64,000 bases of DNA from a virus: positions 16,170-80,169 of the IMG/VR virus record IMGVR_UViG_3300042446_001440. The stretch is one strand, 5' to 3'. Shown here in pieces: positions 29,043-40,121 of this stretch; position 1 is the first letter of the stretch; the number at the start of each line of letters is the position of its first letter. The notes under the pieces are model-generated. The model was not told the origin of the DNA and did no database searches. It saw only the letters and a list, made by a program, of their open reading frames with translations. The position numbers and the translations under genes were made by a program.

Positions 29043-29981
29043 ATGAAGCAACACACGCTCTGGATAGAGAAATATAGATCACAAACCCTAGAACAATATA
29101 TCGGAAATGATGCGATCAAAGATCGCATCGCCGATTGTATTGCTAAAAACGATATACCACACTTTATATTTAGTGGAACAGCAGGTACAGGTAAGACAAC
29201 ATTAGCTAAGCTAATAGTAAATAATATTAAATGTGATTACCTCTACTTAAATGCTAGTGATGAAAATGGAATTGACATTATTAGAGATAAAGTAAAAGGC
29301 TTCGCATCATCAGCCTCATTTAATCCACTTAAAGTGATTATATTAGATGAAGCAGATTTCCTCACTCAACCTGCTCAAGCAGCACTTAGAAACATTATTG
29401 AAGAATATTCAATCAATACACGTTTTATTTTAACTTGTAATTATATTGAACGTTTAATTGAACCACTACAGTCCCGCTGTGAAATCAATATCCTAAAACC
29501 ACCAACTAAAGGCGGTGTAGCTAAACATATCTGTACTAATGTATTAGATGTTGAAAAGATAACATATGAAATGAAGGATATAGCTCAGGTAGTAAATATG
29601 TTCTACCCTGATATTCGTTCCATTATTAAAGTACTACAACAAAATACTATACTTGATCATCTATCAGGAGAAAATATATTAGTAATAGATAAAATAGATA
29701 ATAACTGGTGTAAGCAACTCGTTCAAATACTAAATAAACGCGATAAGGATGCTTGGTTTCAAATACGCCAACTTGTAGCAGATTCGCAAGTAGATGATTT
29801 TCAAATCGCTTATAGATATATGTTTGAACATATGCCTGAATTTAGTTATGGAAACGATGCTAATCTATCAGTTATATTAGATGATTTCATTTGGAGGTCA
29901 TCAGTAGTACCTGATAAAGAAATTAACTTCGCAGCAGCAATCGCTAAAATATTAGACACAACCAAAAAACAAATATTATAA
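29043..29981 (+). CDS. Clamp loader AAA+ subunit (gp44/RFC-like)
   Basis: LWIEKYR, GTAGTGKT, LNASDENG, ILDEAD and LQSRC. Confidence 0.92.
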   Translation: MKQHTLWIEKYRSQTLEQYIGNDAIKDRIADCIAKNDIPHFIFSGTAGTGKTTLAKLIVNNIKCDYLYLNASDENGIDIIRDKVKGFASSASFNPLKVIILDEADFLTQPAQAALRNIIEEYSINTRFILTCNYIERLIEPLQSRCEINILKPPTKGGVAKHICTNVLDVEKITYEMKDIAQVVNMFYPDIRSIIKVLQQNTILDHLSGENILVIDKIDNNWCKQLVQILNKRDKDAWFQIRQLVADSQVDDFQIAYRYMFEHMPEFSYGNDANLSVILDDFIWRSSVVPDKEINFAAAIAKILDTTKKQIL

Positions 29982-30229
29982 TGGAACAACAACAGATGAA
30001 TATTAGTCTAGATAAGACAACAGGAATATCATGTAATGAATGTAAAGGTGAAGTATTTCAAGAAGGAGTGATGCTTAGAAAAGCATCTCGATTCTTAACA
30101 GGTACAGCACAAGACGCATTAGTACCAATTCAAGTATTCGTATGCGCTAAGTGTGGAAACGTAAATAATGAATTCCTACCTTTACAGTTAAGAACTGATG
30201 AAGTAGAAGTTATAGAAGAAAATAATTAA
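29981..30229 (+). CDS. Small zinc-finger protein
   Basis: CNEC...CAKC. Confidence 0.6.
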   Translation: MEQQQMNISLDKTTGISCNECKGEVFQEGVMLRKASRFLTGTAQDALVPIQVFVCAKCGNVNNEFLPLQLRTDEVEVIEENN

Positions 30230-30231
30230 CA

Positions 30232-30486
30232 ATGTTTAATATATTCAAACAAATAAAACAACTTAAAATGAAAAAAGAAGAGTTAGAATTGGAAAGAGAA
30301 CAAATGTTAGAAGTTATACAGAAATTAAATGTTGCTACTAAACAACAAGATGCTTATATTTCTCAATTACGAGAAAATTTAGATGAAGCAATTGCTCGAG
30401 TAAAATACTTAGCTGGACAGCTTGATATGAAAGAAGCACAGAAAAAAGCATCAACCCAATTCAATGATAATAATAGAGATTATTAA
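30232..30486 (+). CDS. Coiled-coil hypothetical protein
   Basis: 84-aa heptad-rich ORF. Confidence 0.5.
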   Translation: MFNIFKQIKQLKMKKEELELEREQMLEVIQKLNVATKQQDAYISQLRENLDEAIARVKYLAGQLDMKEAQKKASTQFNDNNRDY

Positions 30487-30866
30487 TGTCAACAATATTT
30501 GACCATATTAAAAATATTACCACTAATAAGGGTCCGTACCTGGGAGACGAGGGATGGAACAATTGGATGATCAATCGCTTCCTAAGTATGGACCCCGATT
30601 ACTGTGAAGTAGTAAATATCGTTCAGAAGAATACCTGGCAGATGAAGGGAGAAAATCTATATAACTTATATAAAGATCTTATTCCTAAACAATACAAGTA
30701 TCTTAAGTATATTAAGGCATCTAAAAAGGTAGATTATAAACCTGAAGAGGTAGAAGCGGTACAAGTATACTTTGAAGTTAGTAAAAAAGAAGCTAAAGAA
30801 TATATAAACATGCTTCCTAAAACTGAATTAGAAACAATCACATCTCAAATACATGGCGAAATGTAA
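30486..30866 (+). CDS. Clamp loader small subunit (gp62-like)
   Basis: IFDHIKNI, WMINRFLS and YFEVSKKEAKEY pattern; context. Confidence 0.75.
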   Translation: MSTIFDHIKNITTNKGPYLGDEGWNNWMINRFLSMDPDYCEVVNIVQKNTWQMKGENLYNLYKDLIPKQYKYLKYIKASKKVDYKPEEVEAVQVYFEVSKKEAKEYINMLPKTELETITSQIHGEM

Positions 30867-31320
30867 TTTACATTCATGGGAAGGATCACCACAAGTAGAC
30901 TATTGCTATCTGTGTGAACAAGAACAATATAAAATAAATGTTATGAACAACAGTACAATAAATGTAAAATCAGCTATATCACAATCGCTGATGGAAGAAC
31001 TAGTGTATGGTTCTCTCGATAAGAATTTAATGGCGGCTCTAGTTGAAGTAGCTACTCAGCTACCTAAAGACTCTATTACATGTGCAGTGATGGAAGATTT
31101 AAAACATAGAGCAGATCGTGGATTACAAAAATATAATACCACACTAGGTGAAAATGATCATCAAAATATGCTACAACATGCATACGAAGAAGCTCTAGAC
31201 ATGGCTCAATACCTTAAGAAAGAGATCATTACTTTAAATACTATTCAAGACTTAGTTAAGAAACATCCCAACGACACTGAATTAGGAATGCTAATACGAA
31301 ACAAATATGGCAAAGCCTAA
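30853..31320 (+). CDS. Hypothetical protein, possible all-alpha NTP pyrophosphohydrolase
   Basis: RGLQKYNTTL..LQHAYEEALDMAQYL resembles an EExxD motif. Confidence 0.4.
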   Translation: MAKCNLHSWEGSPQVDYCYLCEQEQYKINVMNNSTINVKSAISQSLMEELVYGSLDKNLMAALVEVATQLPKDSITCAVMEDLKHRADRGLQKYNTTLGENDHQNMLQHAYEEALDMAQYLKKEIITLNTIQDLVKKHPNDTELGMLIRNKYGKA

Positions 31321-32251
31321 ACTAACAGAGATTGAATTAAGTATTAAGAAATATATTCCTCCTGAAGTAAACCCAGCATACCAACGCTCAGTATCTTATT
31401 CCCAATATTCTATGTGGGCTACTTGTCCTCATAGATGGGCAATGAAATACATTGAGAATAAAGAACCTTATCAGGCTAGTATCCACACCGTATTCGGAAC
31501 AGCGTTTCATGAAACATTGCAAGAGTATCTCAAAATAATGTATAATGAAAGTGGATCAGCCTCTGATAAAATGAATCTAGAAGAACTATTCCAAGAACGA
31601 TTTAGAGAAGTATATTCTAAAGAATATAAATCAGCTGGAGCTCACTTTAGTAGCCCTACTGAAATGAGAGATTTCTTCGATGATGCAAGAGCAATGCTAA
31701 TCTGGATTCAAAAAAGAAGAAATAAAATATTCACTATCCGTAATGTAAGATTATTAGGAATAGAAATACCTTTACTACTTAAACTATCAAATAACCTATA
31801 TTATAAAGCATTCGTTGACTTTGCAGTATATGATATAGATTTAAAAAAAGTTACTATATATGATATCAAAACATCAACGCGTGGATGGAGTGACGCTGAA
31901 AAAAGAGACGATAAAAAAACTGCTCAAATCTTACTATACAAAGAGTATTTCGCTAGACAGTACGGATTTGACATCGAGCAAATCGAAGTCGAGTTCTTCA
32001 TCGTTAAGCGAAAAATCTATGAAAAAGCTGAATACCCTATTCCCCGGATTCAGTCATTTAGACCAGCTAGTGGAAAATCCAAACGACGAAACGCCGTAGA
32101 TAGCTTCCAAGACTTCATTAAAGATTGTTTCGATGAAAGTGGAAAGCCACAAATAAAATCTTACCTTAAAAATGTAGGTGAGAGTAGTTGCAAATGGTGT
32201 CCTTACAAAGATGATGCAAGTCTTTGCGATAAGAATGCGGTTTCCATATAG
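31307..32251 (+). CDS. PD-(D/E)XK nuclease (RecB/Cas4-like)
   Basis: SYSQ...CP, FGTAFHE, E..L, FVD, YDIKTS, Q..LY and C-terminal CKWCPY..C. Confidence 0.85.
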   Translation: MAKPKLTEIELSIKKYIPPEVNPAYQRSVSYSQYSMWATCPHRWAMKYIENKEPYQASIHTVFGTAFHETLQEYLKIMYNESGSASDKMNLEELFQERFREVYSKEYKSAGAHFSSPTEMRDFFDDARAMLIWIQKRRNKIFTIRNVRLLGIEIPLLLKLSNNLYYKAFVDFAVYDIDLKKVTIYDIKTSTRGWSDAEKRDDKKTAQILLYKEYFARQYGFDIEQIEVEFFIVKRKIYEKAEYPIPRIQSFRPASGKSKRRNAVDSFQDFIKDCFDESGKPQIKSYLKNVGESSCKWCPYKDDASLCDKNAVSI

Positions 32252-32280
32252 ACGTATATATTTATATCAAATATAATATT

Positions 32281-32472
32281 ATGGCAAAGATGCAATTAAC
32301 ATCGGTAAAAATACCGGAAGACTTATTCGAACAATTTAAAATAGCATGTGTTAGATACAAATTCAGCGTACAAAAATTAACAGAACGCGGTATGTTTCTA
32401 TATCTAACAGATGAAGAATGGAGAAAAACAATTCACAATACCCTAGACACACAATTAACAGGAAGTTTATAA
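32281..32472 (+). CDS. Small ribbon-helix-helix-like DNA-binding protein
   Basis: LTSVKIPEDLFEQFKIAC pattern. Confidence 0.55.
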   Translation: MAKMQLTSVKIPEDLFEQFKIACVRYKFSVQKLTERGMFLYLTDEEWRKTIHNTLDTQLTGSL

Positions 32473-32491
32473 AATTTAAAACACGTTACGA

Positions 32492-33982
32492 ATGAAAGAA
32501 GGTTATATTGAGCAATCAAAACGTAAGAAAATCTTACTACTATGTGATGATATTAGAATGACATCTGGTATCTCAACAATGGCGCGAGAAATGGTCATTG
32601 GAACTGCCCACCATTTTAATTGGGTAAATGTAGGTGGAGCTATTAATCACCCTGATCAAGGTAAACGCTTTGATATTAATGGTGATACCAATACCCATGC
32701 AGGAATATCAGATGCTAGTGTATATTTGTATCCTATTAATGGATATGGAGATCCTACATTTCTAAAACAGATGATAGCATTAGAAAAACCAGATGCACTA
32801 ATGATGTTTACTGATCCAAGATATTGGATTTGGTTGTTTCAAATGGAGCATGAAATAAGAAAGAAAATGCCTATTATATATTTAAATATATGGGACGATT
32901 TACCTTATCCCATGTATAATAAACCATACTATGAGTCATGTGATGCCCTATTAGCAATCAGTAAACAAACTGAAAATCTAAATAGAGCAGTATTAGGACC
33001 AGAATTATCAGCTGAGAAAGTAATTAAATATGTTCCTCATGGTATTAATGAAAGTATATTCTTTCCTATTACTACTGAACATACTGAATATTTATCCTTG
33101 CAAGAATTTAAAAAACAATTATATGGAAATAAATCGTACGACTTTACTGTATTATATAATGCGCGTAACATCCGTCGTAAATCGGTTCCTGATTTAATGT
33201 TAGCTTGGAAGATATTCATTGATGAACTTCCAGAAGATAAAGCTAAAAAATGCGCTTTAGTATTACATACTCAAATCGCAGATGAAAATGGTACTGACCT
33301 ACAAGCAGTAAAAGATATGCTATTTGGATATGAAGAGAAATATAACATCATATTTGATCAGAATAAGTATCCTGCTAACATGATGAATTTACTCTATAAT
33401 GCTACAGATGTGAATGCATTAGTTAGTAGTAATGAAGGTTGGGGATTATCATTAACAGAAGCAATGATGTGTGGTAAACCAATCATAGCAACAGTAACAG
33501 GCGGAATGCAAGACCAAATGCGTTTTGAAGATGAAAATGGTGAATGGGTTAAATTCACTGAAGAATTCGGTTCTAACCATAGAGGTAAATATAAAAAACA
33601 TGGTAAATGGGCGTTTCCCGTATTCCCATCTAACCTATCAATTGTAGGTTCAATTCCAACCCCTTATATTTTTGATGATAGAGCAGAACCATTCGATATT
33701 GCTGAACAAATTCAAGAGGTATATGCCTTAAAAACAAATCAAATCGAAGAGTATGGATCTCATACTAGAGGATTTCAAACATATGAAGAAGTTTGTAAAG
33801 CAGCTAGAGATTGGGTTACATCAGATGAATCAATGCAGTCAGCAAGATGGATGTGTAAGAATATAATTGATGGTATAGATGAAACATTCGCTAACTGGCA
33901 ACCACGTCATTCATTTGAATTAATTCAAGTAGAAACTCCAAAACAACCAAAACATTACAATAAATACGTTATAGCAAAATAA
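32492..33982 (+). CDS. Glycosyltransferase, GT-B fold (GT4-like)
   Basis: VPHGI, RNIRRK and NEGWGLSLTEAMMCGKPII. Confidence 0.88.
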   Translation: MKEGYIEQSKRKKILLLCDDIRMTSGISTMAREMVIGTAHHFNWVNVGGAINHPDQGKRFDINGDTNTHAGISDASVYLYPINGYGDPTFLKQMIALEKPDALMMFTDPRYWIWLFQMEHEIRKKMPIIYLNIWDDLPYPMYNKPYYESCDALLAISKQTENLNRAVLGPELSAEKVIKYVPHGINESIFFPITTEHTEYLSLQEFKKQLYGNKSYDFTVLYNARNIRRKSVPDLMLAWKIFIDELPEDKAKKCALVLHTQIADENGTDLQAVKDMLFGYEEKYNIIFDQNKYPANMMNLLYNATDVNALVSSNEGWGLSLTEAMMCGKPIIATVTGGMQDQMRFEDENGEWVKFTEEFGSNHRGKYKKHGKWAFPVFPSNLSIVGSIPTPYIFDDRAEPFDIAEQIQEVYALKTNQIEEYGSHTRGFQTYEEVCKAARDWVTSDESMQSARWMCKNIIDGIDETFANWQPRHSFELIQVETPKQPKHYNKYVIAK

Positions 33983-33983
33983 T

Positions 33984-35294
33984 ATGAAACAATTAATCGT
34001 TATAAGTTGCCCAATAGACACATATAGTGGATATGGTGCTCGCGCAAGAGATATAGTTAAATCGCTTTTAAAGACGGATAAATACGAGGTAAAGATCCTA
34101 TCACAACGATGGGGTAATACGCCTTTTGGATTTTTAAAAGCAGACAATGCTGAAGATAAACAGATATTAGACTGTATATTATCATCAAATGAATTACCAA
34201 AACAACCAGACATTTGGATTCAACACACAGTACCAAATGAATTCCAAGCAATAGGAAGATATAATATTGGTATTACAGCAGGAATTGAAACAACACTATG
34301 TGATATTTCTTGGATTGATGGAGTTAATAAAATGGATTTAACATTAGTATCCTCTGAACATGCTAAAAGAGTATTTGAAGTGTCAGCATTCGAGCAAAGA
34401 GATAAAAATACTCAGCAATTAGTTAAAACTATTAAATTAGAAAAACCAGTTGACGTATTATTTGAAGGAGTAGACACTAGCATATATGAGAAAATAGATG
34501 CTATAAATGAAAGTCAAGTATGGGATGTACTAGATACTATTCAAGAAGATTTTAATTTCCTATATGTTGGACATTGGCTTCAAGGTGAATTAGGACAAGA
34601 TAGAAAAGACACAGGTATGTTAATTAAAACATTCCTTGAAACATTTAAAGGAAAAGGTAAAAAACCTGGACTGATTATGAAAACTTCTACTGCTACCTAT
34701 TCTGTAATGGACCGAGATGAAATATTAGATAAAATTCAAAGATTAAGACTATTAGTAGGTGATCAAGATTTACCAAATATATATTTAATGCATGGTGAAT
34801 TAACAGATGGAGAAGTAAATGAATTATATAATCATCCTAAAGTAAAAGCACACGTGTCATTTACTAAAGGTGAAGGATATGGTAGACCATTATTAGAAGC
34901 AACTATTAGTCAAAAACCAGTAATTGCTCCTAACTGGAGTGGACAAATTGATTTCTTAGATAAAGATATGTCTGTATTGTTAGCAGGTGAAATAAAACAA
35001 ATTCATCACTCAGCAGTAGTAAAAGATATGTTATTACCTGAAAGTGGATGGTTTACTGTTGATTATGAGAAAGCATCTGCTGTATTAACAGACGTTTATA
35101 AAAATTATAAAAAGTACATTGATGGGGCAAAGAAACAAGCTTATCGTTCACGTACAGAATTTAGTTTAGATAAGATGGCTGAAAAATTAAATTCAATAAT
35201 TGATACAAAGATACCTAAACAAGTAGCACTTAAACTACCTCAGCTTAAAAAAATTGAATTACCTAAACTTAAAAAAGTAGATGATGCAGAGTAA
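33984..35294 (+). CDS. Glycosyltransferase, GT-B fold (GT4-like)
   Basis: SGYG, DRKD and GEGYGRPLLEA..KPVIA. Confidence 0.88.
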   Translation: MKQLIVISCPIDTYSGYGARARDIVKSLLKTDKYEVKILSQRWGNTPFGFLKADNAEDKQILDCILSSNELPKQPDIWIQHTVPNEFQAIGRYNIGITAGIETTLCDISWIDGVNKMDLTLVSSEHAKRVFEVSAFEQRDKNTQQLVKTIKLEKPVDVLFEGVDTSIYEKIDAINESQVWDVLDTIQEDFNFLYVGHWLQGELGQDRKDTGMLIKTFLETFKGKGKKPGLIMKTSTATYSVMDRDEILDKIQRLRLLVGDQDLPNIYLMHGELTDGEVNELYNHPKVKAHVSFTKGEGYGRPLLEATISQKPVIAPNWSGQIDFLDKDMSVLLAGEIKQIHHSAVVKDMLLPESGWFTVDYEKASAVLTDVYKNYKKYIDGAKKQAYRSRTEFSLDKMAEKLNSIIDTKIPKQVALKLPQLKKIELPKLKKVDDAE

Positions 35295-35338
35295 TACAGG
35301 AGCCGTAGTTTATACTTATCAAAATAACAACTTAAATT

Positions 35339-35731
35339 ATGAAAGAATTACTTACAATATGTCCTAAATGCAGTTCAAATGCATGTAGTGAAATATCAAA
35401 TGATAAATTAATTGTATGGAATTGTTTTGGATGTGGCTTCACATCCAATTCAACCCTTACAGAAAAAAATATAGAAACAACAGAGGAAGTATTACCTGAA
35501 TTATATAAAGCACTTAGATTTAAAAGTGTTGAAGGATTATATTGGTATCCTATGTCTGTAATATTAGAAAATAAAGCAATGGTATTTGCTGAAGGTAAAA
35601 CCATTGAAGATTGGAAATGGTCTGCCATTCAATCTAAAGAAGATAAACCTGATATGTCTACTAAAAAAGAATATATAGAATCCGAGTTTATGGATGCGTT
35701 AGAATATATTGGTTACTTTAATCAAAAATAA
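35339..35731 (+). CDS. Zinc-ribbon protein
   Basis: CPKC...CFGCG. Confidence 0.55.
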   Translation: MKELLTICPKCSSNACSEISNDKLIVWNCFGCGFTSNSTLTEKNIETTEEVLPELYKALRFKSVEGLYWYPMSVILENKAMVFAEGKTIEDWKWSAIQSKEDKPDMSTKKEYIESEFMDALEYIGYFNQK

Positions 35732-35733
35732 AT

Positions 35734-36360
35734 ATGCCTACAATTAGTTATGCAATTACAGCCTGTAATGAACATGTTGAATTAGAACGTCTATTAAATC
35801 AATTAAACGAAAGTATTCGTCTTGAAGATGAGATAGTGGTTCAATTAGATATAACAGCTACTGCTGAAGTTAGGGCGGTAGCTGAACATTATAATGTAGG
35901 AGCTCAATATGAATACCATAGAGTATATGCTACACTAAATAACGACTTCGCATCATTTAAAAATAATCTTAGCGAACATTGCACACGCGACTATATCTTT
36001 CAAATAGATGCAGATGAATATCCACACCCAGAACTAATTGAAAATTTACCTGCTCTTCTTGAACATAATCCTGAAATTGATGTATTTCTAGTTCCTAGAA
36101 TTAATACAGTAGAGGGACTAACAGAAGAACATATTAGAAAGTGGGGATGGAATGTACAAAATAGTAGAGTTAATTTCCCAGACTACCAATGGAGAATATG
36201 GGTAAATAAGAAAAATATTAAATGGATAAATAAAGTTCATGAACGATTAGATGGTTTTGGATTATATTGTAATTTACCTCTAATAGATGAACTATGCCTA
36301 TACCACCCAAAAGATATAATTAGACAAGAAAAACAAAATAATTTTTACAACACACTATGA
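35734..36360 (+). CDS. Glycosyltransferase family 2
   Basis: ISYAITACNE, IFQIDADE (DxD), PDYQWR and VHE. Confidence 0.88.
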   Translation: MPTISYAITACNEHVELERLLNQLNESIRLEDEIVVQLDITATAEVRAVAEHYNVGAQYEYHRVYATLNNDFASFKNNLSEHCTRDYIFQIDADEYPHPELIENLPALLEHNPEIDVFLVPRINTVEGLTEEHIRKWGWNVQNSRVNFPDYQWRIWVNKKNIKWINKVHERLDGFGLYCNLPLIDELCLYHPKDIIRQEKQNNFYNTL

Positions 36361-37091
36361 ACTCAGAAATATTTAAAAATGAAGACGGCACTTTCATCAT
36401 TTTCCCGAATGACGCTATTGCCCAACATATTAAAAGTGGTAGATTATGGGAACCTCATTTTAAGACTGTTATTTCCAATTTAATTGAACTAGGAAATACA
36501 GTCGTTGATTGCGGTGCTAATTTTGGATACAATGCTGTTTTGATGGGGAAAGAAATAGGATCTAATGGAATGCTTATAGCATTTGAACCACAAAGAATTA
36601 TCCATCAACAACTGAATGGTAATTTAATATTAAATAACATATTCAATGCAATTACTTTCCAAGCAGCCTTAGGAGATGGTTCTATATCATCAACTACTAT
36701 GAGTTCTGTGAATTATGAACTACCTTGGGTAAACATTGGAGATACATCTGTGGGAAATGGTGGAGAAGAAGTAGCTGTTTACTCATTAGATAGCATCAAT
36801 ATGGTAAGTGTAGATTTTATCAAAATAGATGTTCAGGGATATGAATTATTTACACTTCAAGGAGCTAAAGATACTTTAAGTAAATTTCAACCTGATCTAT
36901 TTATTGAAATTGAACCACATCAACTAATTAAATTTGGTATAAATGCAGACCAGTTATTAGATTATATTAAGTCATTTGGATATAAGATCTTTAAAATAAA
37001 TAATGACTATCCTTGTGATCACATCTGTACAATAAACAATCTAGATAAAATAGAAAAACTAAAAAATTTATTACCGTTATTAGAAGTATAA
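36357..37091 (+). CDS. FkbM-family SAM methyltransferase
   Basis: VDCGANFG, AFEPQ and FIKIDVQGYE. Confidence 0.88.
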   Translation: MNSEIFKNEDGTFIIFPNDAIAQHIKSGRLWEPHFKTVISNLIELGNTVVDCGANFGYNAVLMGKEIGSNGMLIAFEPQRIIHQQLNGNLILNNIFNAITFQAALGDGSISSTTMSSVNYELPWVNIGDTSVGNGGEEVAVYSLDSINMVSVDFIKIDVQGYELFTLQGAKDTLSKFQPDLFIEIEPHQLIKFGINADQLLDYIKSFGYKIFKINNDYPCDHICTINNLDKIEKLKNLLPLLEV

Positions 37092-38014
37092 TGAAAAAAG
37101 TTTTATTTTTTGATCCTCATTTAAATGAGAGGGGAACTAGTATTGCTACATATGACTATGCTTATTACAATGAAACTATTTTAGGAAATAAATCTATCAT
37201 AGCATCTCTAACATCATCAGAATTAAAAAGTTATAATAAGTTTAATGATAGGTTTGAAGTCATTATGTGTAAGGACACAGCTGAATTATCTAATATTGAG
37301 TGTGATTACATGTATGTATTAAAATTTGGTACTAATGATGGGGTATTACATAAAAATGCTAAGAATTTAGTTCATGTTGTGTTTCCATCATACGATCCTC
37401 ATGGAGATGTATATGCTTACATTTCAAAATGGTTAGCTGAGGCTCATGGCAAAAACTCTCTATTTGTACCCCATATGGTTAATCTACCAGAGGTTAAAGA
37501 AGATTTTAAAGATTTTTTTAAGATTAAAGATAAGTTAGTAGTTGGTTGGTATGGAGGTGATAATTTTGACATTTCATTTGCTCAACAAGCTGTTATAGAG
37601 GCTGCATCTAAAAGGAGTGATATTGTATTTCTATTTATGAACCAATCAGCGTTCTGTGATATAGATAACGTCATATTTGTTAAAGGAACTACAGATCAAG
37701 AACAAAAAGTAGCATTCATCAACACATGTAATGTTATGATACATGCTAGAGAAAGAGGAGAAACATTTGGATTAGCAGTAGCAGAATTTTCCTCCAAAAA
37801 CAAACCAATCATTACTTACTTTGACTCACCAGAAAGAAACCATTTAGTTCAATTGAGAGATAAAGGAATTTATTATTCTAATTACTCAGAATTACTAAAT
37901 ATACTACTTAACATCCAATTATCAGATATTCAACACAGAGAATGGAATCAATATACTGATTTTACTCCTGAAAAAGTTATTAATCAATTTAACAATGTAT
38001 TTTTATGGAATTAG
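37091..38014 (+). CDS. Glycosyltransferase, GT-B fold
   Basis: ERGTS..YDYA and HARERGETFGLAVAEF. Confidence 0.8.
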   Translation: MKKVLFFDPHLNERGTSIATYDYAYYNETILGNKSIIASLTSSELKSYNKFNDRFEVIMCKDTAELSNIECDYMYVLKFGTNDGVLHKNAKNLVHVVFPSYDPHGDVYAYISKWLAEAHGKNSLFVPHMVNLPEVKEDFKDFFKIKDKLVVGWYGGDNFDISFAQQAVIEAASKRSDIVFLFMNQSAFCDIDNVIFVKGTTDQEQKVAFINTCNVMIHARERGETFGLAVAEFSSKNKPIITYFDSPERNHLVQLRDKGIYYSNYSELLNILLNIQLSDIQHREWNQYTDFTPEKVINQFNNVFLWN

Positions 38015-38598
38015 ATCAAATTAAATCTTATTTTACCCCCACCAATATCTTAGATATTGGGGCTAATGTTGGTGGATGGTATAATCATTGTAAATCTTAC
38101 TTCCCAGATAGCTATATACTTTCTATTGAAGCAAATGAAGGGTGTGAAAGTGCTTTAAAAGCATGCAATCCAAATTATATTATTGCTTTATTAGCAAAGG
38201 ACGAAGAGATGTATGATTTTTTTACATTAAGGGATGCCCCTACAGCTACTGGTAATTCAATATATAAAGAATTAACTTATGTCTACACGGATAACTCTAC
38301 TATCATTAATAAGAAAAAAGGAGTAATGTTAGATAATTTATTAAGAAATCGAAGTTTTAATTTAATCAAAATGGATGTACAGGGGGCAGAACTAGATGTG
38401 ATTAAAGGGGGGCTAACAATATGTAAACAAGCTAAAGGAATAATCTTAGAAGTAGCTTTTGAAGCATACAATCAAAATGCCCCATTATATGATGAAGTAA
38501 TAGAATATATGTCTTCAATAGGATTCAGTAAAGAATTAATACTAACAAACCTACCACAACACCATGACATATTCTTTATAAATAAAAATATTTTATAA
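38005..38598 (+). CDS. FkbM-family SAM methyltransferase
   Basis: LDIGANVG, IEAN and LIKMDVQGAE. Confidence 0.88.
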   Translation: MELDQIKSYFTPTNILDIGANVGGWYNHCKSYFPDSYILSIEANEGCESALKACNPNYIIALLAKDEEMYDFFTLRDAPTATGNSIYKELTYVYTDNSTIINKKKGVMLDNLLRNRSFNLIKMDVQGAELDVIKGGLTICKQAKGIILEVAFEAYNQNAPLYDEVIEYMSSIGFSKELILTNLPQHHDIFFINKNIL

Positions 38599-39468
38599 AT
38601 GAAGATATTATACGTAACTAACCATTTAAGTATAGCTAGAGCAAGTGGTGGATATATTAATGATTATCAAAATGATCTAATATTCTATGGGTTAAGAGAA
38701 TTATTTGGAGACGATGTTGTAGATAGTACCCAAATCGTATCACTTTATAAAGAAAATAAAGATAAAATACCATCCCAACACATATGGGGAGGTATGACTA
38801 CTTGTTGGTTAATAGATAAAAATAATATTAACCGGGATAGTATTGAAGACAAAATTAAATCCCAATATTACGATTTAATAATATATGGTACTATTAAAAG
38901 ATGTAAAGACTATTACGATTTAGCTTCTAAAGTATATCCCCCAAATAAAATAATTCTAATTGATGGTAATGACGAAAGTGAATTAGATCCTCTTTATAAA
39001 AAACATTTATATTTTAAAAGAGAATTAACTATAAACCATCCTAATCTTCTACCTATAACATTCGGAATACCTACTTCTAAAATAGCCACACCTACCCTTG
39101 CAAAAACTAAAGATTTTGCTACATGTATACCTGGCCAACCTGAAACTTATATTTTTAAAGAAGAACAGCCATATTATGAAGATTATCAAAAATCATTTTA
39201 TGGAGTAACCATAAAGAAAGCTGGGTGGGATTGTATGAGACACTATGAAATATTAGCTAATTATTGCATACCCTACTTCATTGGATTGGAAGATTGTCCT
39301 AAAGATACACTATCTCATTTTCCTAAAGAATTATTATTAGAAGCAAGAGAATTAGCTAATAACTTTGATGAGCAAAAATACTTCAATATATTGGATGAAT
39401 TATTTAATTACACAAAAAATAATTTAACAACAAAAAGCATAGCAAACTATATAATATCTAAAATATAA
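38599..39468 (+). CDS. Putative glycosyltransferase
   Basis: IDGND, YFKREL and KKAGWDCMRHYEI motifs; island context. Confidence 0.6.
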   Translation: MKILYVTNHLSIARASGGYINDYQNDLIFYGLRELFGDDVVDSTQIVSLYKENKDKIPSQHIWGGMTTCWLIDKNNINRDSIEDKIKSQYYDLIIYGTIKRCKDYYDLASKVYPPNKIILIDGNDESELDPLYKKHLYFKRELTINHPNLLPITFGIPTSKIATPTLAKTKDFATCIPGQPETYIFKEEQPYYEDYQKSFYGVTIKKAGWDCMRHYEILANYCIPYFIGLEDCPKDTLSHFPKELLLEARELANNFDEQKYFNILDELFNYTKNNLTTKSIANYIISKI

Positions 39469-40121
39469 TGTACACTAGTAATTTACACGAACCCGAAACT
39501 ATCCGCAATTTAAATTGTGAAATTAAACGTCACGATATAATTAATCATTTAATTGGAAAATACAATTTGGTTAATTACTTAGAGATTGGTGTATTTAAAG
39601 GAGAAAATATAAGAGAAATTAATGCTCTCCATAAAGATGGAGTTGACCCCGGACATGAAGGGGTAATAGTACCTGAAGTAAATTATAGAATGACGTCAGA
39701 CGATTTCTTTGAATTACTTAAAGGACATGAGGATATTAAATATGATATTATTTTTATAGATGGTTTACATCATGCTGACCAAGTAACTAAAGATATTAAG
39801 AATGCTTTAAATCACTTAGTACCTAAAGGGTTTGTTGTATTACACGATTGTAATCCAATCAGCTATGAAGCACAACTAATACCTAGACAAACAGTAGCTT
39901 GGAATGGTGATACATGGAAGGCATTTGTTGGATTTAAAATGGATAATATAGATTTTCAATGTTGTGTTATAGATACTGACTTTGGAGTTGGAGTAATTAA
40001 GAATACTGTTTACACACCTAAATTTAATATCCATTCAACTTTACATTGGAATCAGCTTAACGAAGATAGAAAACAGTTATTAAATCTAATTAGTTATGAT
40101 GAATTTAAAGCAACTTATTAA
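39468..40121 (+). CDS. Class I SAM methyltransferase (Methyltransf_24-like)
   Basis: YLEIGV, SDDFF, DIIFIDGLH and VLHDCNP. Confidence 0.85.
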   Translation: MYTSNLHEPETIRNLNCEIKRHDIINHLIGKYNLVNYLEIGVFKGENIREINALHKDGVDPGHEGVIVPEVNYRMTSDDFFELLKGHEDIKYDIIFIDGLHHADQVTKDIKNALNHLVPKGFVVLHDCNPISYEAQLIPRQTVAWNGDTWKAFVGFKMDNIDFQCCVIDTDFGVGVIKNTVYTPKFNIHSTLHWNQLNEDRKQLLNLISYDEFKATY